From: an uncultured Candidatus Saccharibacteria bacterium
Lineage (GTDB): Bacteria > Patescibacteriota > Dojkabacteria > SC72
Length of the DNA stretch: 48,917 bases
Direction: 5' to 3'
NCBI GenBank assembly: GCA_964655705.1
Contig: CAZZPP010000001.1
Coordinates: forward strand, 9,207-58,123
Positions 28,155 to 36,929 of this stretch are shown piece after piece; position 1 is the first letter of the stretch; the number at the start of each line of letters is the position of its first letter. Position numbers and translations under genes: made by a program. The notes beneath the pieces are model-generated. The model was not told the DNA's origin. It saw nothing but the letters and a program-made list of their open reading frames with translations, and searched no databases.

Positions 28155-29479
28155 TAAAGGTCAATATGGGTATATATATTACTAATTGCCAGTTTCTCAT
28201 TAATTTCAGTTTCAATTCTTCTTAGTACAGAACTACTATATCTCTCATTCTCTGCAACTTCAGTAATTGCTTCGTTAAGTTTCTCTTCCACAAATGACTG
28301 TTCCCCCATCTGCCATGATTTCATATATGGGGCCATATATCCAAGTGCCTGGGTATATTCGCTATCTTTCAATTCAGAATTCATGGATACTCTAGAATAT
28401 GGCTCTCCAAAGGTTCTAATTTTTGCAGCATTTTGATTAAGTCTTCTTAACTGTTCTGGTTGACTTAGAAACTCTACAAATTTCCATGCCTCTAGAGTAT
28501 TAATACTAGTTTTACTTACAGTAGTTCCCCAGTATGTTGAGTAGTATACCTCCTCATTGTTTGTTAATCGTGGTAATGGTGCTAGCCCAAAGTCGATACT
28601 TTCTGTATATTCAAGTATCTCTAAAGCTCTCCAACTTGTACCAAACATCATTGCTAATTTCCCATTAACAAAGAGGGAAAGGTCATTAGGAAGATATGCT
28701 GCCCAAGTAGGATTAACCTCTTGTGCAAAGGAAGTATATTCATCTAATGCTTCAATGGCTCGGGGAGATGTTAGATTAACCGTTGTTCTGTCTTCATTCA
28801 TTATTTGAGCGAGATTCTGGAGGAAGAAATACGAGAGTATGTCTGCAGAGTGAGTAATATTTCTTGAAGTTCCTAGGGCTAGTCCAGATTGAATAATTTT
28901 ACCACTAGAATCCCTTACAGTTAGTTTATGTGCAGCCTCCATGAAGGAGTCCCAATCAGAGGGAGGGGCTGTATATCCTACTTTATTAAGTATCTCCTTA
29001 TTATATATTACCATTAGGCCATCAATTTGTAGGGGTATTGCATAGAGTTGTCCGTCTCTACCTGTAAAATCATCTAATGCTGTAGGGTAGAATTCATTTG
29101 CATATGTATCAATACTCATAACTTGGGAAGGGAGGGGTTCTAGATATTTCTCAAATTTAGGTAACCAACTATTATGAATCATTGAAATGTCAGGAGCAGG
29201 CTCACCATCTTGTAGTGCTTGTTCAAGTCTTGTGTATAGTAGGGATTCATAATTCCTTAAGGATTGTATTGCGTAAGATATCTTTACTCCAGGATTTTGT
29301 GCCTCGTATTTCTCAATTAAAGGATGCATAGCTTCCTCCTCTTCCCAGAATCCCCAGAAAGTTAACTCTACTTGTCTAGGTGTTTTAGGAAGCATTAAAG
29401 CAAGCAATATTGTTAATACCATTGTTACCCCAAGAATTATTAGTAATATCTTTATTAATCTCTTCCTCTTTTCATCCAT
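28154..29479 (-). CDS. Sugar-type extracellular solute-binding protein, TM-anchored
   Basis: LTFWGFW, KYEAQNPGVKI, PDI, LYAIPLQ.D.L..IYNK, P.DWD.F, F..GKLAM.F, AWKFVEFL. Confidence 0.88.
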   Translation of the reverse strand: MDEKRKRLIKILLIILGVTMVLTILLALMLPKTPRQVELTFWGFWEEEEAMHPLIEKYEAQNPGVKISYAIQSLRNYESLLYTRLEQALQDGEPAPDISMIHNSWLPKFEKYLEPLPSQVMSIDTYANEFYPTALDDFTGRDGQLYAIPLQIDGLMVIYNKEILNKVGYTAPPSDWDSFMEAAHKLTVRDSSGKIIQSGLALGTSRNITHSADILSYFFLQNLAQIMNEDRTTVNLTSPRAIEALDEYTSFAQEVNPTWAAYLPNDLSLFVNGKLAMMFGTSWRALEILEYTESIDFGLAPLPRLTNNEEVYYSTYWGTTVSKTSINTLEAWKFVEFLSQPEQLRRLNQNAAKIRTFGEPYSRVSMNSELKDSEYTQALGYMAPYMKSWQMGEQSFVEEKLNEAITEVAENERYSSSVLRRIETEINEKLAISNIYTHIDL

Positions 29480-29497
29480 ATGTATATATTACATAAA

Positions 29498-30292
29498 TTA
29501 TATTCTTTCTGCTACTACAATCAGTCTCTTTATACCGGCACCTAAAGGCCAACAGGTCATTAATGTTACAGTTTCTTTGTCTCCTTGACTTCTTAAGATG
29601 GTAAAATCATCTGCATCTACAATCTTCTTGTTTCTAACAACATATTCGAAAATCTCCTCCTCCTTTTTGATTTCTACTACATCTCCAATGTCTACATCCT
29701 CGAGTTTTGTAAATATGGTCTCAGGTAGATTGGAGTGTTTACTAAAGAAACTTAAAACAGCGCTATGACCATATATGAAGGAGTTACCACCATCACCAGG
29801 AAGAGGTGTTCCCCTGAAATGTGCCAAACCATATTTCAAATATCTGTCATATACTTCCTCCTGAGAGCTCTCTACATTAGGGGTAATTCTTACGGTATCA
29901 ATCCCAACCTCTGAAATTGAGAGGTACATATTTTTACTGTATGACTTGTCTACAACAATTTCCTTTGTACTCTTTGTCTCTGGATCGTAAGTAAAGAGAC
30001 CTTGGTATTCCAAATTTTCGGCGTTCTCTGAAAGATTCTCAAAATAGCTTTTACCTGGGTCGTAGTAAGCAAATTCATTCTCAATATATTCTTTGTATGA
30101 TTCAGGTACAGGATCTTTCATTAGATCTTGCTTTGAAAGTTGAATTTCACCTTGTATATATGAGATTAGAAGAGGAATGGATTGGCTTAAGAGAATTGTT
30201 ACTCCTACAATCCCTAGTATCCAAGAGATACTTTTTTTGGTATCTGCTATTTTCTTCTCACTTACTTTTTTAACTTGTATATCATTATCCAT
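29498..30292 (-). CDS. Sortase (second paralog, with longer stalk)
   Basis: TM; GLAHF.GT.LPG..GNS.I.GHS, TLMTCWP, KRLIVVA. ATG 30292 preferred to TTG 30313. Confidence 0.92.
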   Translation of the reverse strand: MDNDIQVKKVSEKKIADTKKSISWILGIVGVTILLSQSIPLLISYIQGEIQLSKQDLMKDPVPESYKEYIENEFAYYDPGKSYFENLSENAENLEYQGLFTYDPETKSTKEIVVDKSYSKNMYLSISEVGIDTVRITPNVESSQEEVYDRYLKYGLAHFRGTPLPGDGGNSFIYGHSAVLSFFSKHSNLPETIFTKLEDVDIGDVVEIKKEEEIFEYVVRNKKIVDADDFTILRSQGDKETVTLMTCWPLGAGIKRLIVVAERI

Positions 30293-30335
30293 GGGTAAAA
30301 TATATATTACCAATATTGGGTTTTAAAGTCACATG

Positions 30336-30365
30336 TTGGCACTTAATGCATTTGTCTGCTAGAAT
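30336..30365 (+). promoter_or_regulatory. dnaJ promoter overlapped by a degenerate CIRCE (HrcA operator)
   Basis: TTGGCACTT-N9-GTCTGCTAG versus CIRCE TTAGCACTC-N9-GAGTGCTAA; TTGGCA-18-TAGAAT with a TG extension. Confidence 0.6.
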
Positions 30366-30374
30366 ATCTTCAAT

Positions 30375-31469
30375 ATGACAAAAAGAGATTACTATGAAGT
30401 ACTTGGTGTAAACAAGGATTCTAAAAAAGAAGAGATTAAAAAAGCATACAGACAGTTGGTAAAAAAATATCATCCTGATGTGAACAAGGAGGAGGGTGCT
30501 GAGGAGAAGTTTAAGGAGATTCAAGAGGCGTACGAAGTCCTTTCTGAGGAGAGCAAAAGGAAAGCATATGACCAGTATGGTCATGCTGGTACTCAGGGTT
30601 TTGATCCAAGGAGTAGTAATGGTGGAGGTTATGAATATTCATATGGAGGGGCCCCTTTTGATATGGGTGATATATTTAATACGATATTTGGTGGAGGTAA
30701 TGATTTTGGATTTAATTTTGATTTTGGTCAACAATCAGGTAAGAGAAATATTGGGGGTGAGAACATTAGGTACAAGATGAGGTTCAGTTTTGAGGAGGCT
30801 ATGAAAGGTGGTGAGTTTAGTATCAAAGTTAAAAGAAATGTTAAGTGCTCGAAATGTGATGGTACTGGGAGCAAGACTGGAAAGAGAGAGACCTGTGATG
30901 TATGTAAGGGCACTGGTAGAGAGAGGAAAATACGGAATAGTTTCCTAGGACAGATTGCAATGATGGAACAATGTTCAAAATGTGGAGGTTTAGGGAGTAT
31001 TGCGCAGGAGGTTTGTAGTAACTGTAATGGCACTGGCTTGGAGTCTAAGAGTGAGAGTGTAAAGATTAAAATCCCTGCAGGTGCGTATGATGGTATGGTT
31101 TTAAGATTCAGGGAGGGTGGTAATGCAGGCTTAGATGGACAGTATGGTGATCTCTTCATTGAATTAGAAGTTGAACCATCTGAGAAGTTTGATAGGAGGG
31201 GGAATGATTTGTACTCTGTAGAGAGTATACCCATACATACTGCAGTACTTGGGGGGAAGATTGATATTGAGACAATCAAGAAAGATGTTAAATTGAGAAT
31301 TCCTGCGGGTACTCAGCCTAATACAATCTTTAAAGTACGTGGAGAGGGTGCACCGATTTTAGGTAAAGATGATCAAAGGGGTGATTTGTATGTACAAATT
31401 GATGTAGATATACCTAAGAGATTAAGTAAGGAGCAGAAAAAACTTTGGGAGGAGTTGGGTAGGGTATAG
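30375..31469 (+). CDS. dnaJ: Molecular chaperone DnaJ
   Basis: J domain with HPD, G/F region, four CxxCxGxG repeats, IPAGTQP. Confidence 0.98.
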   Translation: MTKRDYYEVLGVNKDSKKEEIKKAYRQLVKKYHPDVNKEEGAEEKFKEIQEAYEVLSEESKRKAYDQYGHAGTQGFDPRSSNGGGYEYSYGGAPFDMGDIFNTIFGGGNDFGFNFDFGQQSGKRNIGGENIRYKMRFSFEEAMKGGEFSIKVKRNVKCSKCDGTGSKTGKRETCDVCKGTGRERKIRNSFLGQIAMMEQCSKCGGLGSIAQEVCSNCNGTGLESKSESVKIKIPAGAYDGMVLRFREGGNAGLDGQYGDLFIELEVEPSEKFDRRGNDLYSVESIPIHTAVLGGKIDIETIKKDVKLRIPAGTQPNTIFKVRGEGAPILGKDDQRGDLYVQIDVDIPKRLSKEQKKLWEELGRV

Positions 31470-31482
31470 TTGATTGCCATAT

Positions 31483-31512
31483 TTGGATTTTGTAGTATAT
31501 ACATGGTATACT
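31483..31512 (+). promoter_or_regulatory. Promoter for the nusA operon
   Basis: TTGGAT-18-TATACT with TG extension at 31504-31505. Confidence 0.5.
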
Positions 31513-31538
31513 CTTCTTGGAAGATGTATTAAAGATAT

Positions 31539-31565
31539 GGTGAGATGTTTTCTCACCTTTTTTTT
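31539..31565 (+). terminator. Intrinsic terminator between dnaJ and nusA (possible nusA leader attenuator)
   Basis: GGTGAGA-TGTTT-TCTCACC followed by 8 T. Confidence 0.85.
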
Positions 31566-31595
31566 AGTAAATATTAAATTTTTAATTTTGAATGT

Positions 31596-32750
31596 ATGGC
31601 AATGACATCAGAATTAGTTGCTGCAATTAATCAGATTGCTGCAGAAAGAGGAATAGACAAAGAGGATGTTTTTAAGGCATTAGAGTCCTCCATTTTAAGT
31701 GCTGTAAAGAAGGAAAAATACGGTAAGGTCGAATATGAGGAAGGAGAGGACAAGGTAGGGAGTAATTTGGTTGTAGAGGTTGACAGGGAGACTGGTGAAT
31801 TCAAACTCTTTGCATTAAAAGAAGTTGTTAAGAAGGTCTCAGATATTGAAAATCAGATAGCTCTAAGTGAGGCAGAGTTGATATCTCCTACCGTTGAGGT
31901 TGGTGATTCAATACAGATTGAAATGCCTTCTGAAGATTTAGGTAGAATTGCAACTCAGACAGCAAAGCAGGTTTTGCTTCAGAAGATTCGTGAATCTGAA
32001 AAGGATGCTGTAATTAGTGAATTTAGTGACAAGGTTGGAGAGGTATATACTGCTTTAATGCAAAGAATGCAGAAAGGTGTTGCAATAATGGAAATTGGCA
32101 AAGCTATTGCTAATATGCCTCCAGAGGAGCAGATATCTAATGAATTCTACAGGGTAGGTGAAAGGTACAAAGTTCTTCTTAAGAGTATTGAGGATTCTGA
32201 GATATTAGTATCTAGAGCTGACCCGAATTTCCTAATTGAGCTATTCAAATTAGAGGTTCCCGAAATTGAATCTGGGGTTGTAGAAATTAAAGCCGTTGCA
32301 AGAGAAGCTGGATCAAGAAGTAAGATTGCTGTTGTTTCCCACCAAGACGGAATTGACCCCATAGGTTCATGTGTTGGTCAAAGGGGTATTCGTATTGCGA
32401 ATGTAATGAATGAACTTGGTGAGGAGAAAATTGATATAATTGAGTGGGATGAGGATTTAGACAGGTTTGTAGCCAATGCATTAAGTCCTGCTAAGGTCGA
32501 TTCTGTAGAAATTAACAAAGATACAGCAACTGTTGTTTCTCCTTCCGATCAACTATCTTTAGCTATTGGAAGAGATGGACAAAATGTAAGGCTTGCATGG
32601 AAGTTAACTGGTATTAAAATTGATATTGTTGGAGCCCAGGGAGAAGTTATTGAGGAAAAGGAAGAGTTTGAAAAAGAGAAAGAGAGTGATGCTGTTGAGG
32701 AGTATGCAAAGGAGACTCAGGAAGAATCTTTAGATACAAAAGAAGAGTAA
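31596..32750 (+). CDS. nusA: Transcription factor NusA
   Basis: GRIATQTAKQV..QKIRE, VSRADP, AREAGSRSKIAV, GSCVGQRG, LAIGRDGQNVRLA. Confidence 0.97.
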   Translation: MAMTSELVAAINQIAAERGIDKEDVFKALESSILSAVKKEKYGKVEYEEGEDKVGSNLVVEVDRETGEFKLFALKEVVKKVSDIENQIALSEAELISPTVEVGDSIQIEMPSEDLGRIATQTAKQVLLQKIRESEKDAVISEFSDKVGEVYTALMQRMQKGVAIMEIGKAIANMPPEEQISNEFYRVGERYKVLLKSIEDSEILVSRADPNFLIELFKLEVPEIESGVVEIKAVAREAGSRSKIAVVSHQDGIDPIGSCVGQRGIRIANVMNELGEEKIDIIEWDEDLDRFVANALSPAKVDSVEINKDTATVVSPSDQLSLAIGRDGQNVRLAWKLTGIKIDIVGAQGEVIEEKEEFEKEKESDAVEEYAKETQEESLDTKEE

Positions 32751-32780
32751 ATATATTAAAATGAGAAATTGTAGTTTTAG

Positions 32781-34340
32781 ATGGTTAAGAAAGTTACTAA
32801 ACAAAAGACATGTGTTGAAAGTAGGGTTCCCATTGTTGCAATATTGGGTCATGTTGATCATGGAAAGACTACAATACTGGATTACATTAGAAAGAGTCAT
32901 GTTCAGAGTTGTGAAGCAGGAGGTATAACTCAAAAGATTTCTGTATTTACTGTAGCTCCAAACAATGATTTCTCAAAAAAGATAACCTTTATTGATACTC
33001 CGGGCCATGAAGCTTTCGACCTTATGAGATCTAGGGGAGGGAGTATTGCTGATATTGTGCTGTTAATCATTGCTGCAAATGATGGTGTTAAACCTCAGAC
33101 TGTTGAATCTATTGAGATAATCAAAAAATCTTCTGCTAAACCAATTGTAGTGATAAATAAGGTGGATTTACCAGATATTAATCTGACAAAGATTAAAAGG
33201 GATGTTACTAACGAAGGTTTACAAGTTGAAGGTATGGGTGGAAGTATTCCAGTCATAGAGGTATCTGGTAAGACAGGAAAGGGAATCCCAGAACTGTTAG
33301 ATTTAATTAATCTCGTTGCTCAGGTTGAGGGTGTTCAGGAGAGAGGGGAGTTACCACCAAAAGTTGTTGCAAAGGCCTTTGTCTTAGAATCAGTTAAGGA
33401 CAAGACAAAAGGTAATGTATCTACCCTAGTATTGGTTAATGGAGATCTTTGTAAAGGGTCATGGTTGGGATACAAAGTCGATGAGAAGATTACTGTTGAG
33501 AAAGTTAAGGGTATTGTCTCTGAGGAGGGGGAAAATATTTGTGATCTCTCATGTGGCTGTGGTGGTAAAGTAATTGGGATTTCAAATTTAATTCCACTTG
33601 GTAGTGAGGTATATATCCTTCAGGAGAATAGTCCCAAACTGTTAGAACCTCTTTACATTGAACAGATTGTTGTACAGGAGCAAGCCTTAATTGAAGATGA
33701 GATGTTTGGTTCAATTTTTGAAGAAGAACTTAAAGATGGAGATACTAACCTTAACGTTATACTTAAGAGTTCTTCTCAGGGTTCATTAGAAGCACTTAAG
33801 CACTCATTAGAGAGAGTTAAAAAGGATGAATACACAGTTAATATCGTTTCTTGTGGTGTAGGAGATATCTCAAACAAAGATGTGGATATGGCAAAACTTT
33901 CTAAATCTATACTGTTAGGTTTTGAAGTAGGAATTGAGAAAGGGATAGAAGATATTGCTAAGAAAAACTCTGTATTGGTTAGAACATATTCCATAATTTA
34001 CAAACTAGTTGAAGAGGTAGAAGATGCATTAGAGATGCTCTCTACTCCTAAACATGTAGAAGAAGAGATTGGTAATGGGATAATTAAGATGATGTTTCTT
34101 CTCTCAGATGGTTCTAAAGTATTAGGTTGTAGAGTTAAGGATGGAATTCTTAAAAGAGACTGTAAAAGTTATATAGTTCGTAATGATGAAATCCTAGGTG
34201 AGGGGAAAATACTCTCCCTTAGGAAGGGTAAAGATACTGTACATGAGGCAAAACAGGGAGAGGACTGTGGGGTAATATTGGATATTGATATTGATAGTAA
34301 TGAGGGGGACGAGATATACTGTTACAAGGTTTCTAGATAA
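32781..34340 (+). CDS. infB: Translation initiation factor IF-2, N-terminally minimal
   Basis: R.PIVAILGHVDHGKTT, GGITQ, FIDTPGHEAF, NKVD, GSLEAL, ECG-like DCGV. Confidence 0.95.
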   Translation: MVKKVTKQKTCVESRVPIVAILGHVDHGKTTILDYIRKSHVQSCEAGGITQKISVFTVAPNNDFSKKITFIDTPGHEAFDLMRSRGGSIADIVLLIIAANDGVKPQTVESIEIIKKSSAKPIVVINKVDLPDINLTKIKRDVTNEGLQVEGMGGSIPVIEVSGKTGKGIPELLDLINLVAQVEGVQERGELPPKVVAKAFVLESVKDKTKGNVSTLVLVNGDLCKGSWLGYKVDEKITVEKVKGIVSEEGENICDLSCGCGGKVIGISNLIPLGSEVYILQENSPKLLEPLYIEQIVVQEQALIEDEMFGSIFEEELKDGDTNLNVILKSSSQGSLEALKHSLERVKKDEYTVNIVSCGVGDISNKDVDMAKLSKSILLGFEVGIEKGIEDIAKKNSVLVRTYSIIYKLVEEVEDALEMLSTPKHVEEEIGNGIIKMMFLLSDGSKVLGCRVKDGILKRDCKSYIVRNDEILGEGKILSLRKGKDTVHEAKQGEDCGVILDIDIDSNEGDEIYCYKVSR

Positions 34341-34350
34341 TAGATAGGAA

Positions 34351-34379
34351 TTGACACAAACCCCATAATAATATAAAAT
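34351..34379 (+). promoter_or_regulatory. Near-consensus sigma70 promoter for rpsO-pnp
   Basis: TTGACA-17-TAAAAT. Confidence 0.8.
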
Positions 34380-34438
34380 AGGCTTTGTACCATGGTTGTC
34401 TATTGTCAAATTAAATATATGATGATAATCTAGAATAT

Positions 34439-34702
34439 ATGTCATTGTCTAAAGAAGAAAAACAGAAGGTTGTTAACACTTACGCCCTGCATGAGGGTGA
34501 TACTGGTTCACCAGAGGTTCAGATTGCTATATTAACAGAAGAGATAAACAAATTAAGTGAACATCTTAAAGAGCATAAAAAGGATAATCATTCTAGAAGA
34601 GGTTTGTTGCAAAAGGTTGGTAAAAGGAGAAGATTAATTCAATACCTTTCTGCAAATGAACCTGAGAGATATGATACTTTCTCTAAAAAGATAAAGATTT
34701 AA
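34439..34702 (+). CDS. rpsO: 30S ribosomal protein S15
   Basis: [27 protein letters not shown]. Confidence 0.98.
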   Translation: MSLSKEEKQKVVNTYALHEGDTGSPEVQIAILTEEINKLSEHLKEHKKDNHSRRGLLQKVGKRRRLIQYLSANEPERYDTFSKKIKI

Positions 34703-34793
34703 CTGCTTTTCATCAAGGCCTTTCTTTTTTCCCTTTCTCTTGATATAACTACAAGATTATATTTTTGTTATTTAATATTTTATTTATCTATTT

Positions 34794-36899
34794 ATGTTGT
34801 TTAATCATAAGATTTATGAATTTGAGATTGATGGAAGAAAGTGTTCTTTTGAAACAGGAAAACTTGCATTAAAATCAGAGAGTGCAGTTATTGCACGAAT
34901 GGGTGATACAGTTGTAGAGGTTAATGTTAATACATCTCCTGCTAAACAGGAGAGTGATTACTTCCCTATGTCTGTTGAGTATATTGAGAGATTCTATGCA
35001 TCTGGAAAGATAAATGGTTCTAGGTTTGTTAAGATTGAAAGATTTCCTAGTGATGATGCAATCCTTAAAGCAAGGATGATAGATAGGGCACTGAGATCTA
35101 GATTTCCTAGTGACTATAGAGATGATTTAAGTCTCATTGTTACAGTAATGTCATATGACGAAGAGAATGACCCCGTAATATTAGCAATTAACGCTGCTTC
35201 AGTAGCATTGCTAAATTCTAAAGCACCATTTGATGGACCTGTTGCAGGTGTAAGAATGGGAATGGAGAATGGTGAAATAAAAGGGGTTTACAAAAGTTTA
35301 GAGGATGTAAGTGAACAAGATGTCTTAAACTATGTATTAGGAGGAGATGAGAAACTGTTTACAATGATTGATGCTGGTTGCTATGAACTCCCAGAAGATC
35401 AAGTATTAAAAGCTATGGAGTTAGGTTTAGTGGAAATGAAGAAATGGATATCTGCTCAAAATGAGTTTGTTAAGCTACTTGAGAAGAAAGAGAAGACTTA
35501 CAAGTCATATGCACTAGATGAGAATATGATAAAGGAGATGGAGGAGTTTCTGGGAGAAAGAACAATTGAGAATCTTTTGAAAGGTGATAAGTCTGTTCAC
35601 GAGTCTACTAAGGAAGAGGTATTTGAAAAATTTGCAGGTAAATATACCAAGTTACAAATGAGTGAAGGGTATGAGAAATTACTTAAGAAGGCAATGAGAA
35701 AGTATGTTGTAGAACAAAAGAAACGAGCTGATGGGAGAGGGTATGATGAAATTAGGGAGATGGATGCCCAGATTGATTTACTACCTAGAGTCCATGGATC
35801 TGGATTGTTTACTAGAGGTGTTACTCAAGTACTCTCTATTGCAACCCTAGGTACTCTAGAAGATGCAAAAATGGTAGATGATATGTTAGGAGAGAAAGAG
35901 AAAAGGTATATGCATTACTACAATGATTTACCTTTTGCATATGGTGATACTGATAGGGTAAGACTATCTCCAAGTAGAAGAGCTATTGGTCATGGGATGC
36001 TTGCTGAGAAAGCATTAATACCTGTAATCCCATCTGTTGAAGAATTCCCTTACACAATATTAGTAATGTCAGAAGTACAAGGAGAAAACGGATCTTCATC
36101 TATGGCATCTGCCTGTGGTTCAACCTTAGCCTTAATGGCTGCGGGTGTTCCAATTAAAAAGATGGTTGGTGGTATAGCTTGTGGGTTAGTAGCAGAAGAG
36201 AATGGAGAATTCCATATTCTTACTGATATGCAAGGAGTAGAAGATTTCTATGGGGATATGGATTTCAAGATTACTGGAACAAAAGATGGTATTACTGCAG
36301 TACAGATGGATAACAAGATGTCTGGACTAAGTATGGATATTGTAAAAGCAACCTTTGAAAAGTCAAAGATAGCAAGAGCAGAGGTTTTAAAGATTATGGA
36401 GAAAGCAATTGCTCAACCTAAGGAGCAGTTATCAGAATTCGCACCTAAGGTAGCAAGAGCATCAATCCCAGTAGAAAAGATTGGTGAGTTAATAGGGCCT
36501 GGAGGGAAAAATATTAGGGAGTTAACTGAAAGAACAGGAGCAAAGATATCAGTCGAAGAAAGTGGTGCTGTAAATATCTATTCTATGGATCAAAGTTCCA
36601 TTGATGCAGCATTATCCTATGTAAAAAAATTGGGATTAGTACCGGTAGTAGGAGAAATATATGATGGTAAGGTAGCAACTATTATGGAGTATGGTGCTTT
36701 TGTTGATATTGCACCTGGGATATCAGGTCTTGTTCATGTCTCTGAAATTGCAGAAGGGTTTGTAAAAGATGTAAGAAAATATCTTAAAGAGGGAGATGAT
36801 GTTAAAGTTAAACTCCTTTCTAAGGAAAGAGACGGGAAATTGAAGTTAAGTATTAAACAGGTAGATGCTCCAAAAGAGAAGAGTGAAGCTGTTGAATAG
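34794..36899 (+). CDS. pnp: Polyribonucleotide nucleotidyltransferase
   Basis: ETGKLA, R.IDR.LR, R.DGR, HGSGLFTRG.TQ, RR.IGHG, NGSSSMA, GDMDFK, KH (IG.LIGPGGK) and S1 domains. Confidence 0.97.
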   Translation: MLFNHKIYEFEIDGRKCSFETGKLALKSESAVIARMGDTVVEVNVNTSPAKQESDYFPMSVEYIERFYASGKINGSRFVKIERFPSDDAILKARMIDRALRSRFPSDYRDDLSLIVTVMSYDEENDPVILAINAASVALLNSKAPFDGPVAGVRMGMENGEIKGVYKSLEDVSEQDVLNYVLGGDEKLFTMIDAGCYELPEDQVLKAMELGLVEMKKWISAQNEFVKLLEKKEKTYKSYALDENMIKEMEEFLGERTIENLLKGDKSVHESTKEEVFEKFAGKYTKLQMSEGYEKLLKKAMRKYVVEQKKRADGRGYDEIREMDAQIDLLPRVHGSGLFTRGVTQVLSIATLGTLEDAKMVDDMLGEKEKRYMHYYNDLPFAYGDTDRVRLSPSRRAIGHGMLAEKALIPVIPSVEEFPYTILVMSEVQGENGSSSMASACGSTLALMAAGVPIKKMVGGIACGLVAEENGEFHILTDMQGVEDFYGDMDFKITGTKDGITAVQMDNKMSGLSMDIVKATFEKSKIARAEVLKIMEKAIAQPKEQLSEFAPKVARASIPVEKIGELIGPGGKNIRELTERTGAKISVEESGAVNIYSMDQSSIDAALSYVKKLGLVPVVGEIYDGKVATIMEYGAFVDIAPGISGLVHVSEIAEGFVKDVRKYLKEGDDVKVKLLSKERDGKLKLSIKQVDAPKEKSEAVE

Positions 36900-36901
36900 A
36901 T

Positions 36902-36929
36902 AAATAGGGGAGAGATCCCCTATTTTTTT
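36902..36929. terminator. Bidirectional intrinsic terminator between pnp and the convergent methyltransferase
   Basis: AAATAGGGGA-GAGA-TCCCCTATTT plus T-run; A-tract on the 5' side; covers the minus-strand TAG. Confidence 0.88.

Noticed and set aside
30728-31279. 183-aa minus-strand ORF with Cys/His
   Set aside because: Antisense to the dnaJ zinc-finger region.
34404-34409. Minus-strand TTGACA in the rpsO leader as an antisense promoter
   Set aside because: No -10 element at 16-18 nt spacing.
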